DNA of 64,000 nucleotides from a virus: IMG/VR virus record IMGVR_UViG_3300043449_002563, positions 5,492 to 69,491 of that record; one strand, 5' to 3'. Shown piece by piece: positions 39,859 to 49,793 of this stretch (position 1 is its first letter; each line of letters starts with the position of its first letter). The notes under the pieces were generated by a model. It saw only the letters and a program-made list of their open reading frames with translations, ran no database searches and was not told where the DNA came from. The position numbers and the translations under genes were made by a program.

Positions 39859-39873
39859 TTCAATGCCGGGGGC
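39846..39873. repeat. Perfect 11-bp GC-rich inverted repeat within a 40-nt insert in dnaE
   Basis: GCCCCCGGCAT-AATTCA-ATGCCGGGGGC. Confidence 0.95.
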
Positions 39874-41188
39874 GCAAGAATATAGTCTTCTCGATGGATT
39901 TGGCCAGTGTGAAGAATATGCCGATCATTGGCATCACCATGGGAATTTTATTTGTGTAAGTGACCATGGAATGATGGGTGCAATACCCAGACAAATAAAA
40001 GCATGTGAGTCTATTAATGACAAGCATGGCAAAAATAAATTAACTCCTCTCTTCGCATGCGAGCTGTATGTTAATAAGGCGCATTTTGAAGCTACTCCAA
40101 CAGAAGAATCTAGAAAAGCCTTCGTTGAGAGACTTGACCCTGAGCAGCTGGCTGATTTTAAAATAAGAGGGAATCATTTATTAGCTATTGCACTGACCAA
40201 CGAAGGTTATCAGAATCTTGTGCGATTATGCAGCTGGGGGCATCTAAATGGATTCTATGGAAGGCCAAGGGTCAATTATGAGGTGCTTAAGGCTCACAAG
40301 GCGGGACTTGTTTTTACAAGTTGCTGCTACGCCTCTGAAATTGGTCGTACTTTCGACACCAAAGGTGAGGAAGCCGCTGAGGAAACTCTTAAGGTTTATA
40401 TGGAAATGTTTCGGGGGCAATTTTATCTAGAAATCATGATGCTTGATTTCCCTAAGCAAAAACCCTATGACAAATTCATTATAAAGATGAAAGAAAAGTA
40501 TGGTCTGCCTATTATATTAACCCAAGATTGCCATTATTGTAAACAAGAAGACAGCCATTATCAACGCTTGATGCTCATGGTGCAAACTAAAAGAACCTTG
40601 CCAGAGCTTGAAAAAGCTATGAAGGAAAATGAATTTCAGGATTTTTTTGAGTTGCAGGATCAAAACCTCTGGATGAAAAGCGAAGAGGAATTGAATTCTT
40701 TTTGGCTGGAAAAATATACTGATATTATTCCTCTGGAGATTTTTGAGGAAGCAAAAAAGACTACTGTAGATATTGCGAGAATGGCGAATGTCACTATAGA
40801 TCGGAGCCTCAAGTTTCCTACTTTTCCTGAAGAAGGAGCAAAATTACTAGATTTAATAGTCCAGAGCTGTAAGAAGCGCAACATTACTTTGAATAAAGAA
40901 TACAAGATGCGTTTGTATGAGGAATATGACATCATTACCAGAAAAGGTTTTGCTAGTTATTTTATAGTGCAGAAAATGATGGCAGACGAAGCCAGACGTA
41001 TTTTGCCGGAATTGATTTTGGGATCAAATGGCAGAGAAGCTATTGGACCGGGCAGAGGCTCGGGAGCCGGAAGCTTGATCCTTTACCTTTTGGGTGTCAC
41101 TGATGTTGATCCGATCAAACACGGACTTTTATTCAGTAGATTTTTGTCTGAAGCTAGAGGTGGCAAGCAAATAAAATTGCGGTGGTAG
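39863..41188 (+). CDS. dnaE: DNA polymerase III alpha, N-terminal part (PHP domain and first palm segment)
   Basis: EYSLLDG, SDHG, HLLAIA..NEGYQNL, TQDCHY, GPGRGSGAGSL, DPIKHGLLFSRFL; start uncertain (see findings). Confidence 0.9.
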   Translation: MPGAQEYSLLDGFGQCEEYADHWHHHGNFICVSDHGMMGAIPRQIKACESINDKHGKNKLTPLFACELYVNKAHFEATPTEESRKAFVERLDPEQLADFKIRGNHLLAIALTNEGYQNLVRLCSWGHLNGFYGRPRVNYEVLKAHKAGLVFTSCCYASEIGRTFDTKGEEAAEETLKVYMEMFRGQFYLEIMMLDFPKQKPYDKFIIKMKEKYGLPIILTQDCHYCKQEDSHYQRLMLMVQTKRTLPELEKAMKENEFQDFFELQDQNLWMKSEEELNSFWLEKYTDIIPLEIFEEAKKTTVDIARMANVTIDRSLKFPTFPEEGAKLLDLIVQSCKKRNITLNKEYKMRLYEEYDIITRKGFASYFIVQKMMADEARRILPELILGSNGREAIGPGRGSGAGSLILYLLGVTDVDPIKHGLLFSRFLSEARGGKQIKLRW

Positions 41189-41211
41189 TATATAATTATT
41201 TGAGGTGCAAT

Positions 41212-41502
41212 ATGAAATTATTCACAGAGTGGATGTCGATTCGTCAAATGAATGAGCCTCTAACTCCTTCAGGCTCTTATCAGTTTTCTGGTACTTACAA
41301 CCTTGACCAAATGCCAGATTTGATTGAGAATAGCGAGAAGCTAGAATTAGCTGATGCACTCAAGATGATCCCAGAACAATACAACGGGCAATTTGGCGGT
41401 ATGAGTGAGTGCCAAGCCGGTAAAGGCGTTACAGCCGATGAGCAGGAAGTTGTTTGGGTTGCTAACGAAGCAGGTACAGTTTATATTTTCGCCAAAACTT
41501 GA
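41212..41502 (+). CDS. Hypothetical protein, capsid-targeting-like N-terminus
   Basis: TATATA plus GAGG SD; MKLFTEWMSIRQMNE. Confidence 0.7.
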   Translation: MKLFTEWMSIRQMNEPLTPSGSYQFSGTYNLDQMPDLIENSEKLELADALKMIPEQYNGQFGGMSECQAGKGVTADEQEVVWVANEAGTVYIFAKT

Positions 41503-41516
41503 TAGAGGATTGATCT

Positions 41517-41966
41517 ATGAGCACTAGGTGTTCATTTTTTTACAGTCATGATGGCAAAGGCCAAACTCACGTTTTCGAGGATTTGGCTGAAGAAAACGGT
41601 TTAATATTCATAGAAAAAACACAGACCATAGACAGTAGGCTTGCTCTTTCACTAGAGGAGCTGCTGTCTATTGGTCAAAGTTTTGATATAAATGAGCTTC
41701 GTAGACAAGTCAATTTGACTGACGAGCAGCTATTAAAAGGCGCAACAAATTATGTTGAAAAATGCCTTAACACTAAATCTTTTTTTCAAGGTATTTATTT
41801 TGCTGATTTTCCTGAAAAAGAAAACACGCCAAAAGAAGCTCAGATTGAATTCAGATTTGTTCAATTTAAAAAGACAAGGGATAAACTAAAAGAGTTGCTA
41901 ACCAAGGTGGAAAGCAACTCTAAATCTGGTCATAAATTTTATTTTGGTCTAGAAGATATCAAATAA
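41517..41966 (+). CDS. Hypothetical protein
   Basis: GAGG SD; 149 aa. Confidence 0.7.
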   Translation: MSTRCSFFYSHDGKGQTHVFEDLAEENGLIFIEKTQTIDSRLALSLEELLSIGQSFDINELRRQVNLTDEQLLKGATNYVEKCLNTKSFFQGIYFADFPEKENTPKEAQIEFRFVQFKKTRDKLKELLTKVESNSKSGHKFYFGLEDIK

Positions 41967-42474
41967 TATTTGATTTTTTAAGTTCTTGTAGCAGTGCATT
42001 TCGATAAAGCTCGCTATTTTCTGCAAGATAGCTCACGTATTTAATTGATTGGATTGGGTCTGGATGAAACATGTTTCCAGACTCTGACAATACTTTTGGA
42101 GCTTTGCTTTTTACCTGCCAGTGAGTGTTTAGCATGCTATCCACTTCACCAGCTGTGTCTGTACTCCATGGGCTTTGTTGGCTGTAATCTCCAATGTCTA
42201 TTTCTTGGTCGTATCCATCAAAAGGATTGTTTTCTCCCAAAGGAATGTCTGTATCCTGTGGATAAACACCTGCGGAATAAGGGAAATACCCGTGATCTTC
42301 CTTGGGGGCGACCATAATATCGTTAGGTTCTTTTCGGTAATTAGGAATATCCCTCTTTGGAATCAAGTTGTCTTCTGGGCTGTTAGGCTGCTCGAAGTTC
42401 AATGGATCTAAGCAACTTACGGCATCTACACTTGTTTTTCCATTCGCATCTAGGTATTCTTTAATTGTAATCAT
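41959..42474 (-). CDS. Acidic hypothetical protein (possible internal head protein)
   Basis: GAGG SD, TAAATA upstream; MITIKEYLD. Confidence 0.7.
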   Translation of the reverse strand: MITIKEYLDANGKTSVDAVSCLDPLNFEQPNSPEDNLIPKRDIPNYRKEPNDIMVAPKEDHGYFPYSAGVYPQDTDIPLGENNPFDGYDQEIDIGDYSQQSPWSTDTAGEVDSMLNTHWQVKSKAPKVLSESGNMFHPDPIQSIKYVSYLAENSELYRNALLQELKKSNII

Positions 42475-42529
42475 GATTTTACCTCTCAAATTATATTTAC
42501 TTACGAATTAACATTTTTGGGAGAAATTA

Positions 42530-45061
42530 ATGGAGCGTCTTCGTTTAATTATTTCTGAAAGAAAAGATCAGTACGCAGAATTGAAAAATCACTCTAATTT
42601 TGAGAAAAGATTACGTTGGGAATTGATTGAAATAGAAGTTCAAGATGAAGAAAAATATTTCTTGGACATGTTTGAAAACAATGAGAAAAAGCCTAACCCA
42701 CATAATTTACTTATTCCTGTGCTACTAGGAATTTGCGAGAGTGTAGATTTAAACAAAGAACCTTTATACAAAATAGGTGATTTCCCTGATGTAGACGTTG
42801 ATTATTTACCACCGGTTAGAGATTATCTAAAAAACACATGGGCTCCACTCACGTTCGGCAAGGAAAATGTTTGCAGCATTGGTAATTATGGCACATTTGG
42901 CTTGAAGAGTAGCCTGATAGACATGGCCAGAGTGCATGGCTATGATAGGAATGAAATACTTAAAATTACTACAAATATTGGACTTAAAGATGATGAAGGT
43001 CAAGTATTGACTTTTGATAAGGCCTTGGAGTTATATCCTGAACTCAAAGCATATTTAGATGACCATCAAGATGTAGAAGTGGCCGTGAGAAAGCTTCTGC
43101 ACAGAAACCGCAGCATGGGCAAACATGCTGGGGGTCTTATTATATGCAATAGTAGAATTGACAACTTTGTCCCCTTGGTTAGAGGGACAGATGGAAGTCC
43201 TGTTAGTTCTTGGGTAGAAGGTCTGCATGGACAAGATTTAGGACCTGTAGGTCTTATTAAGTTTGATTTACTTGTGGTTGACGGACTGTATCAGGTGGCT
43301 TTAGCTACAAGATATGTTAAAGAACGCCATAAATTGAGTTCTGTGTGCGCTCTGGAAGGAGATTGGGACTGGAGCGACACTTCTTACCTGAATGATCCAG
43401 ATAGCCTTTCTATGGCTAATGAAGGTGATTTAAAATGCATATTTCAGTATGACAGTGATGGTATTCGTGCATTGGCTACCAAAGGTGGAGTTGATGGGTT
43501 TGAGGACTTGGTTGCTTACGTAAGCCTATATCGTCCAAGCTGCTTGATGATGAAAATGGACGAGGAGTTTGTCGAAAGAAAGCGTGGGCGTAAACTTTAT
43601 GAAGTGCCAGAAATCTTAAAAAGCGCCTTGGACAAAACCTACGGGGTTTTGATTTATCAAGAGCAGGTTATGCAGATTTTGAACATAGTTGGCAAAATTC
43701 CTCTTAGGGACTGCTATCAAGTAATCAAAGCTATATCTAAGAAAAAAGTAGATGGGTTTAAAAAATATAAAGAGAAGTTTATTGAGAATGGACAACAGAC
43801 ATTAAATAAAAGCGCCAAGGAAATGGACGAATACTTTCAGCTTATTGAAAGCTTTGCTGGTTACGGCTTCAATGCAAGTCATGCGACGGCGTACAGTTAT
43901 ATTTCTGCTAGGCAATTGTACCTGAAATCGCATTACCCCCTTGAATTCTTTACGAGCAGTTTGCAGTGCCAAGATAACGAAGAAAAAAGAAGAGATTATA
44001 TTACAGAGGCTTTAAACCATGGTGTTAATGTCAAGGGGTTGGACATTAACAAGTCCAAACAAACATTTGATATAATCGATGATACAATCTATATTGGATT
44101 CGGTAATGTTAAAGGTATTGGCGAAGATAAGGCAAAGAGGATCGCTGAATTGCAACCTTATGCCGGTTTCGAAGACTTTTTGGAACGTTATGGTACTGAA
44201 GCCGGCACAGTCAAACCATTGATCGGATTAAGAATATTTGGGGACAACGTCCAAGATCAATATGCTTACTGGCTTAAGTTTACCGAAGTGAGGAAGCAAA
44301 TCAAGGATAAAGACAAAAGATTTGAGAACAATATAAAAGAAATACTTGCTAAATTAGTAGAAATTTTACCTTCTTCTATGCGTAATGCCTTGTCCAAAGT
44401 GGCAAGATTAGAGCAAAGAATTTTTGATGTCGTAATAAGTCATGTAGAAAAGCTGAATGATGCAATCTTGCTTTCTAAAGTTAAAGAACTGCAAAAGAAA
44501 TTTGCTGGTGCCACAACCAGATACGCAACTAGTCAAACCAAGGTTGAGATGCCTAAATTAGGATTAGTAAAACTTGAGGATTGCAAGGAGGTTGATGAAA
44601 AATTTGTAAAAGCTATAGCTGATAAAGAAGAATGTGAAGTGGCATATTATGGGTTTGTTTGGTCGAACAAGGTTAGGGAATTTGCAAAATATAAAGGTGG
44701 TTTCAATTTTGATTTGGCCAAACGTAAGAGCATAACCAATCCCAAGCCATATTACATGATTTACGGGGTGGTTCAGTCTTGCACATTGAAAAGTTTCAAA
44801 AACGGCAACGGCAAATATGCAAGTTTAGAACTGATGGATGATAATTTGCAGACAAATAAGGTTACTATTTGGGAGGATGATTATATTATATTTAAAGAAG
44901 ATTTAAAAAAGGGAAACTTTATTAGTATACAGGTCACTGTGTCTACTAAAGGATATCAGGGTTTTACTCTGTTTGGTCCACCGAGACACAAGAGGCATAC
45001 TCTTCCTGCAAAACGTTACGATACAAGACTGGTAGTTTTAGAGGATGTTTCAAATGTCTGA
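42530..45061 (+). CDS. dnaE: DNA polymerase III alpha, C-terminal part (catalytic palm, fingers, HhH, OB)
   Basis: FPDVDVDY, GKHAGG, GLIKFDLL, IFQY, TYGVLIYQEQVM, FAGYGFNASHA, YPLEF, C-terminal OB-fold. Confidence 0.93.
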   Translation: MERLRLIISERKDQYAELKNHSNFEKRLRWELIEIEVQDEEKYFLDMFENNEKKPNPHNLLIPVLLGICESVDLNKEPLYKIGDFPDVDVDYLPPVRDYLKNTWAPLTFGKENVCSIGNYGTFGLKSSLIDMARVHGYDRNEILKITTNIGLKDDEGQVLTFDKALELYPELKAYLDDHQDVEVAVRKLLHRNRSMGKHAGGLIICNSRIDNFVPLVRGTDGSPVSSWVEGLHGQDLGPVGLIKFDLLVVDGLYQVALATRYVKERHKLSSVCALEGDWDWSDTSYLNDPDSLSMANEGDLKCIFQYDSDGIRALATKGGVDGFEDLVAYVSLYRPSCLMMKMDEEFVERKRGRKLYEVPEILKSALDKTYGVLIYQEQVMQILNIVGKIPLRDCYQVIKAISKKKVDGFKKYKEKFIENGQQTLNKSAKEMDEYFQLIESFAGYGFNASHATAYSYISARQLYLKSHYPLEFFTSSLQCQDNEEKRRDYITEALNHGVNVKGLDINKSKQTFDIIDDTIYIGFGNVKGIGEDKAKRIAELQPYAGFEDFLERYGTEAGTVKPLIGLRIFGDNVQDQYAYWLKFTEVRKQIKDKDKRFENNIKEILAKLVEILPSSMRNALSKVARLEQRIFDVVISHVEKLNDAILLSKVKELQKKFAGATTRYATSQTKVEMPKLGLVKLEDCKEVDEKFVKAIADKEECEVAYYGFVWSNKVREFAKYKGGFNFDLAKRKSITNPKPYYMIYGVVQSCTLKSFKNGNGKYASLELMDDNLQTNKVTIWEDDYIIFKEDLKKGNFISIQVTVSTKGYQGFTLFGPPRHKRHTLPAKRYDTRLVVLEDVSNV

Positions 45062-45503
45062 TGAAAAAATTGTTATAGATGAAAATAATTTTGCCCAACA
45101 TTTCAAGGAAGCTGGAAAATTTCCCCCTGATAAAGGGGATTCTATGGCTATATTCAGGGCATGTGCTGAGTTTGTGGATGGCGATATAAAAAGAGATGTA
45201 GTTAATAAATTGAAGCAAACAGATGGCGGAGCAAGATTTGCTATACAAATACTTATGAAAAAATGTAATATGAGTTACAGGGAATCAATTAAAATATGCA
45301 AGGAAGTTTGTAAAGACCTTGAAAGTATGTCCGAAGAAGATGTTCTAAATAAACCATATAAGTTTTTATATGAGAACAAATACTTTGTAAAGAAGGAGTT
45401 GGTACCTGAAAATAACCCGCATTGGGAACTAGTAAACCTGAAGAGTGTTACGGTAGAAGAAAAAAAAGCTGATGTTCCATCTGAAAAAATAGAGTTAGAA
45501 TAA
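45054..45503 (+). CDS. Hypothetical protein
   Basis: ORF overlapping the dnaE stop; GAGG SD. Confidence 0.7.
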   Translation: MSDEKIVIDENNFAQHFKEAGKFPPDKGDSMAIFRACAEFVDGDIKRDVVNKLKQTDGGARFAIQILMKKCNMSYRESIKICKEVCKDLESMSEEDVLNKPYKFLYENKYFVKKELVPENNPHWELVNLKSVTVEEKKADVPSEKIELE

Positions 45504-45528
45504 TATATACATCTCAAGGAGAAATTCT

Positions 45529-46308
45529 ATGAATCACGACTCATCATGGCATCAACAGAAGCAAGATTTTGACGAATTGTGCAGAATCTGGGACAAAGCT
45601 CAGGCTGATGGTATTTTCTCTGAGCGCAAGACCGAGGTTGAAACTCGATCTGATTTCTTTGGAAATTATGATTTGCCTGAGGATGAAGGCATCAAGCATT
45701 CTGAAGCCGATTACTGGCGAGATGTTATTAGCCGTTCTGGAGAATTAGCTCCCGATGAGTCTATGGTTTTGATGGAAGCAGCTAGGAAAAAGGCTGCTGC
45801 TAAGAAAAAAAAAATAAATAAAGCCAAAAATTCCACGAAAAACCTTGATGAGCTTGGAATTGAAGATACCGAGAAAGAAGTTAAGCGCTTCAAGAAGGCA
45901 AAGTCAGGTAAAGGTGGCGATACCGCAACAGGTGATGTTGATATCACGCCTCCTTACAAAAGAGTACAGGCATCTGTTGAATATGGCGATATTCCAAGCC
46001 TAAAAAAAAAGGTAAAAAATCTCGCTAATCAACCACAGCACGTTAAACCTGATACAGCCGGTGCAGATCAACAAGATCAACACGGCAGAGTAAAGGTTAA
46101 TGCCGGATTGGCTGCTCATCCTAGATATGGGGAAATTGAAGACCTCAAGCACAAGATTGAGCAAGCTGGTGCGGAAATGAGTTCTTTAACTGGGCTAGAC
46201 ATGAAAAAAGCCCAAGCTTTTGATAAGAAGTATATTAAATTGATGGCTAAGCTTGAGAAACTCAGCAGTGATTTGGTAACAAGCTATCGCAAGAACCAGT
46301 ACTATTAA
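45529..46308 (+). CDS. Charged hypothetical protein (possible internal head protein)
   Basis: TATATA plus AAGGAG upstream; acidic N-half, LME junction, Lys-rich C-half. Confidence 0.75.
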   Translation: MNHDSSWHQQKQDFDELCRIWDKAQADGIFSERKTEVETRSDFFGNYDLPEDEGIKHSEADYWRDVISRSGELAPDESMVLMEAARKKAAAKKKKINKAKNSTKNLDELGIEDTEKEVKRFKKAKSGKGGDTATGDVDITPPYKRVQASVEYGDIPSLKKKVKNLANQPQHVKPDTAGADQQDQHGRVKVNAGLAAHPRYGEIEDLKHKIEQAGAEMSSLTGLDMKKAQAFDKKYIKLMAKLEKLSSDLVTSYRKNQYY

Positions 46309-46329
46309 TAGTTAAAAGGATATAATTCC

Positions 46330-46539
46330 ATGGAGCAGCAACAATTTATTTGTAGGTGCCTTAAGTGTAGATGGATAAGGCAGTCTGAGAATGGACATGA
46401 CAGTTTCAACGACTTGGTGCCAATCAAGACCTGCTCCAACTGTCATGGTCCGAGGAAATATAAGTGTCCACAGTGCGGTCAAATAATGAAAGCGATACCG
46501 TTAAACCAAAGACCCGGATTCACGGGCACCTCTTCGTAA
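46330..46539 (+). CDS. Small zinc-ribbon protein (three CxxC)
   Basis: CLKC, CSNC, CPQC. Confidence 0.65.
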   Translation: MEQQQFICRCLKCRWIRQSENGHDSFNDLVPIKTCSNCHGPRKYKCPQCGQIMKAIPLNQRPGFTGTSS

Positions 46540-47696
46540 AAGGTAACTTAGATTACAATCATAGTAATTTTTGTGAGTCCGAAGAACTCTACGATTTAGT
46601 ATTGTTCCACAAAAATGTATTCAATAGAAATACTAACAAACCTGTAGTGTTTTTAAGTTGCTTAGTTGAATTTGGATGCGAGTCTTTACTTCCTCACTAT
46701 TACTTACCACATTTCAAAAAGAAATTTAGATGGTTTCACACGATTGCGATTGGATGGCCCGGCCGTGATTTCCTATACAAAGACTATGTTGATGAATTTT
46801 GGCATATAGATGATAAATTTACCAATTTAAGACATTACACTAAAGCGTTCAGCGGAATGTCCAAAAATATAGCTTTGATAGAAAATGGATTTAAAAAATT
46901 TGGAAGGGTATTCAATTCAAAAAGTCTAAACAATTTTTTCTGTGAAGGAGTTTGCAAAGACTGCAAGCAGCCTTTTATGAGCATGCATAAAAAGCAAAAC
47001 TGCGATAATTGCAAATCATTTAACATCATAAACAGTATACTTTCTGACACAAGTTATCACAAAGAAAAGTATGTTCCATTACAATTTGACTTCTCTAAAT
47101 TTGCAAACCTTATGAAAAAGGTTCCGCAAAACAAAAAAACCATAGGAATTTTTGCCAGAGAAAGACTTGCATATGGCAGAAATTTGCCTGCCAAATTTTA
47201 CAGACGTATGTGTCGCAGGCTAGAAAAGAATGGATTTAATATTATTTGGCTGGGCGAAAAGGTAAGCACTCTGCCGTGTATCAATAAAAGGTACTTTGAT
47301 TTTACGAAGTCAGAATATGCTGATAATGTTGAAGCGTGCATGGCATTAGTTTCAGGTTGTGCTGCAACATTTCAAGCATGGACTGCCTCTACACGTTTTG
47401 CGCAAGCTACTGGTACGCCATACTGTTTAGTCGAAAGTTTCGATCAGCTTTTTGGAAGCGGACAGGAGGGAAAAAGAATAAATTTGCTAACCAAAGATAT
47501 GAATAAGAAAAAAATTATTATAGCAAATTACAAAGATTCCATGGATAAGCTAAATTATTTTGCAGACCTTTGTGCAGATGAAACACAAAATTTAGCAATA
47601 AATGGCGACTCTACCGATGTAGTAGGCCCAGTGCATAACACGCAGTCTATCAGAGCATTAATAGAAAATAATGATTTATGGAAACTGATATCGTAG
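46464..47696 (+). CDS. Putative GT-B fold (GT9-like) glycosyltransferase with Cys4 insert
   Basis: EFGCE, YVDEFW, GRNLP..FY...L...GFNIIWLGE, DFT, ALVSGC; CKDC...CDNC insert. Confidence 0.5.
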   Translation: MSTVRSNNESDTVKPKTRIHGHLFVKGNLDYNHSNFCESEELYDLVLFHKNVFNRNTNKPVVFLSCLVEFGCESLLPHYYLPHFKKKFRWFHTIAIGWPGRDFLYKDYVDEFWHIDDKFTNLRHYTKAFSGMSKNIALIENGFKKFGRVFNSKSLNNFFCEGVCKDCKQPFMSMHKKQNCDNCKSFNIINSILSDTSYHKEKYVPLQFDFSKFANLMKKVPQNKKTIGIFARERLAYGRNLPAKFYRRMCRRLEKNGFNIIWLGEKVSTLPCINKRYFDFTKSEYADNVEACMALVSGCAATFQAWTASTRFAQATGTPYCLVESFDQLFGSGQEGKRINLLTKDMNKKKIIIANYKDSMDKLNYFADLCADETQNLAINGDSTDVVGPVHNTQSIRALIENNDLWKLIS

Positions 47697-48802
47697 CCAA
47701 GTTTGCTAATAAAACTGGCTTTATAAGAAATAGAAGACCAAGCGGCAAGAATTTTGCTGCCAGCGATATAAATGTTTTTACTTTTTTTGGAGATATGCAC
47801 CATACTATTCTAAGCGGGGCTTTATTTTTTGATAGACTTGTAGATAATTCAAAATACAATATTGTTTTAACTTGGCCCGGAATGGAATGTTTCTTCAGCA
47901 CGGCTGATGAAATACTTACCTTGAGTCCCGACTTACAGTATGAAAAGATTTATAACAATGCAAACGACAGTAAAAACAATTCAGTAAACCATGATTTGAT
48001 AGTAAGAACTGCTAATGAATATTTTTTGAATGTTAAAACAGCAGATAATTTTGTGGGATCAACACAGAATGCCATGCAAAAAATACTGGACAGTAATTTT
48101 CTAAACTATCAATATCACAAGTTTCTTGAGCAAAGTGGCAATTTCAAGTCTCCGCCTAAACAAAAAAAATCAGTGGTTTTTTTCCCGATCAAAGAATACA
48201 AAACAATAATATCAAATGCAGAAATTCCTGTTATATTCAATGATAAGGCATATAGAGAAATATTCAGGATTCTTGGAGACAGAGGTTTTCAAGTAGTTTG
48301 CATACAGAACAAGTGGACATTTAATTTGCAAAATGAGAATTTTGGGAATGTAGTTTTTGTAAACGAATATAAATTTGAAAATATATTGCAATGCATAAGA
48401 AAATATGGATGTTATTTCGATTTGTTCACAGACAATTCTATATTAGCCATGTTGGCGCAGGTTCCTGTGTTCTCGGTTAATTTACGATCTATATACAACA
48501 AATACAAAAGAGACGTAGAATCTTATATTTTCGATTTTGAAAACAAAAATAAGACCATATATTCATTTTTTGAATCTTTATTTAATGATACATCCTTGAA
48601 TTATGACTATCTTATTAGTATAATTGATAGGTTTGCGGACTTTTATGAAGAAAGTAGTATTGGTTACAAACCGGATTTAGTTAAAGAAAAAGAAATAAAC
48701 TTGGCTGGGTATATTAAACAAATAAACAGATATAAAAAAGCCAAGTTTATTTCAAAATGTTTGTTCACTAAAGAGAGAGAAAAAAAAGATGCGCAAGGCT
48801 AA
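47678..48802 (+). CDS. Putative GT-B fold glycosyltransferase-like protein, distant paralog of the upstream gene
   Basis: FFGDM, TWPG..F...ADEI (compare GWPG...VDEF upstream), [16 protein letters not shown]. Confidence 0.45.
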   Translation: METDIVAKFANKTGFIRNRRPSGKNFAASDINVFTFFGDMHHTILSGALFFDRLVDNSKYNIVLTWPGMECFFSTADEILTLSPDLQYEKIYNNANDSKNNSVNHDLIVRTANEYFLNVKTADNFVGSTQNAMQKILDSNFLNYQYHKFLEQSGNFKSPPKQKKSVVFFPIKEYKTIISNAEIPVIFNDKAYREIFRILGDRGFQVVCIQNKWTFNLQNENFGNVVFVNEYKFENILQCIRKYGCYFDLFTDNSILAMLAQVPVFSVNLRSIYNKYKRDVESYIFDFENKNKTIYSFFESLFNDTSLNYDYLISIIDRFADFYEESSIGYKPDLVKEKEINLAGYIKQINRYKKAKFISKCLFTKEREKKDAQG

Positions 48803-49070
48803 TATCAGAGTAGAAGCAAGGGATTTGGGATACAATCCTTCACAAGATGAGGTTGATCGTAATTTCAGGAATCTAATGGCCGCATTCAGACAGCAATGCA
48901 ACAAAGCTGGGATTCTTAAGGAAATCAAGAAGAGAGAGTATTACGAAACTCCTAGTCGTGTTGCTAGGAAGAAGAAGAAGGAAAAGGAAGTTCTGCTATT
49001 AAAACTTAAAATGAAAGAGGCCTTCATTGAGCGACCAAAGATCAAGAGAAAAAGAGATGGCAAAAATTAA
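48789..49070 (+). CDS. rpsU: Ribosomal protein bS21 homolog
   Basis: [29 protein letters not shown] signature. Confidence 0.85.
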   Translation: MRKANIRVEARDLGYNPSQDEVDRNFRNLMAAFRQQCNKAGILKEIKKREYYETPSRVARKKKKEKEVLLLKLKMKEAFIERPKIKRKRDGKN

Positions 49071-49308
49071 AAACATGAGTGTTGCCTTGGATGCTGATTT
49101 CCAAGACAAGCTCAAGAATTTGGCTACCTCAAAAGGTATTTCTGTAAGTAGTTTAATTCGTGAAACGCTGGATAAATATTTATTTGCGGACAATAATACC
49201 GTGAAAATTGTGTTTAATGTACCTAAGGATCTAAAAACAGATTCAGAAAAGTTGGGTATATGGCTGAATCAGAAATGTCAAGCAATCGTAGCGCACTTCA
49301 AATCATAA
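49057..49308 (+). CDS. Ribbon-helix-helix (CopG-like) DNA-binding protein
   Basis: [35 protein letters not shown]. Confidence 0.75.
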   Translation: MAKIKNMSVALDADFQDKLKNLATSKGISVSSLIRETLDKYLFADNNTVKIVFNVPKDLKTDSEKLGIWLNQKCQAIVAHFKS

Positions 49309-49793
49309 GAGAAGCTGTGTTATGTGATTCAAGTAAAATTCAAAGGGTTTCTGCCGATAAGAAATTAGATTGGCAGGACCCTTTTGTTTTAGCTGCTGTG
49401 GCAAAAAAGCTGATTCAGGTATGCGAAGAAAAAAATATACCTTACTTGCACGCAATAATGTTTGGTATGAATTTGGATTTATTTGTAATGAAATTAGAAC
49501 AAACACATAAAGTTCTTTTGAATTGCCAATATGCTAAGACTGGTGAAAGTGGACCTTGTATTGAACACAATTATTATGAACACAGGAAAGATGGTAAATA
49601 CAAGAGCTATTTTACGACCAGATCATATTCGGTTGCTGTTGTTGGTTTGGAAATAATTAATTTAAATAATCCAGAAATAAAAGAGTTGGAAATTCAGGCA
49701 GATGGTCAGGAAGCAATCACAATTCAACAAGCTGTGGATCTGCAAAATTGTACCTATCTTGAAGATCTAGGTGTAGAAGTGGAGACTTTTTAA
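49275..49793 (+). CDS. Degenerate peptide deformylase-like protein
   Basis: PDF-like layout, but the three motifs read PYLHAIMFG, IEHNY and QQAVDLQNC. Confidence 0.55.
   Translation: MSSNRSALQIIREAVLCDSSKIQRVSADKKLDWQDPFVLAAVAKKLIQVCEEKNIPYLHAIMFGMNLDLFVMKLEQTHKVLLNCQYAKTGESGPCIEHNYYEHRKDGKYKSYFTTRSYSVAVVGLEIINLNNPEIKELEIQADGQEAITIQQAVDLQNCTYLEDLGVEVETF

Noticed and set aside
39815-39862. ORF-track start of dnaE (TTG, MNTYIFTLTYCPRHNS...)
   Set aside because: This frame lacks the HxH PHP motif, which is encoded in the adjacent frame from ATG 39778
39838-39880. Group I or group II intron in dnaE
   Set aside because: 40 nt is far too short, and no frame-restoring boundary gives both an exon-terminal U and an intron-terminal G
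41186-41203. TAG readthrough or alternative genetic code joining the dnaE halves
   Set aside because: A TGA follows five codons later, three genes intervene, and other TAG-ending genes (phoH, infC, hldE) stop at their expected C-termini
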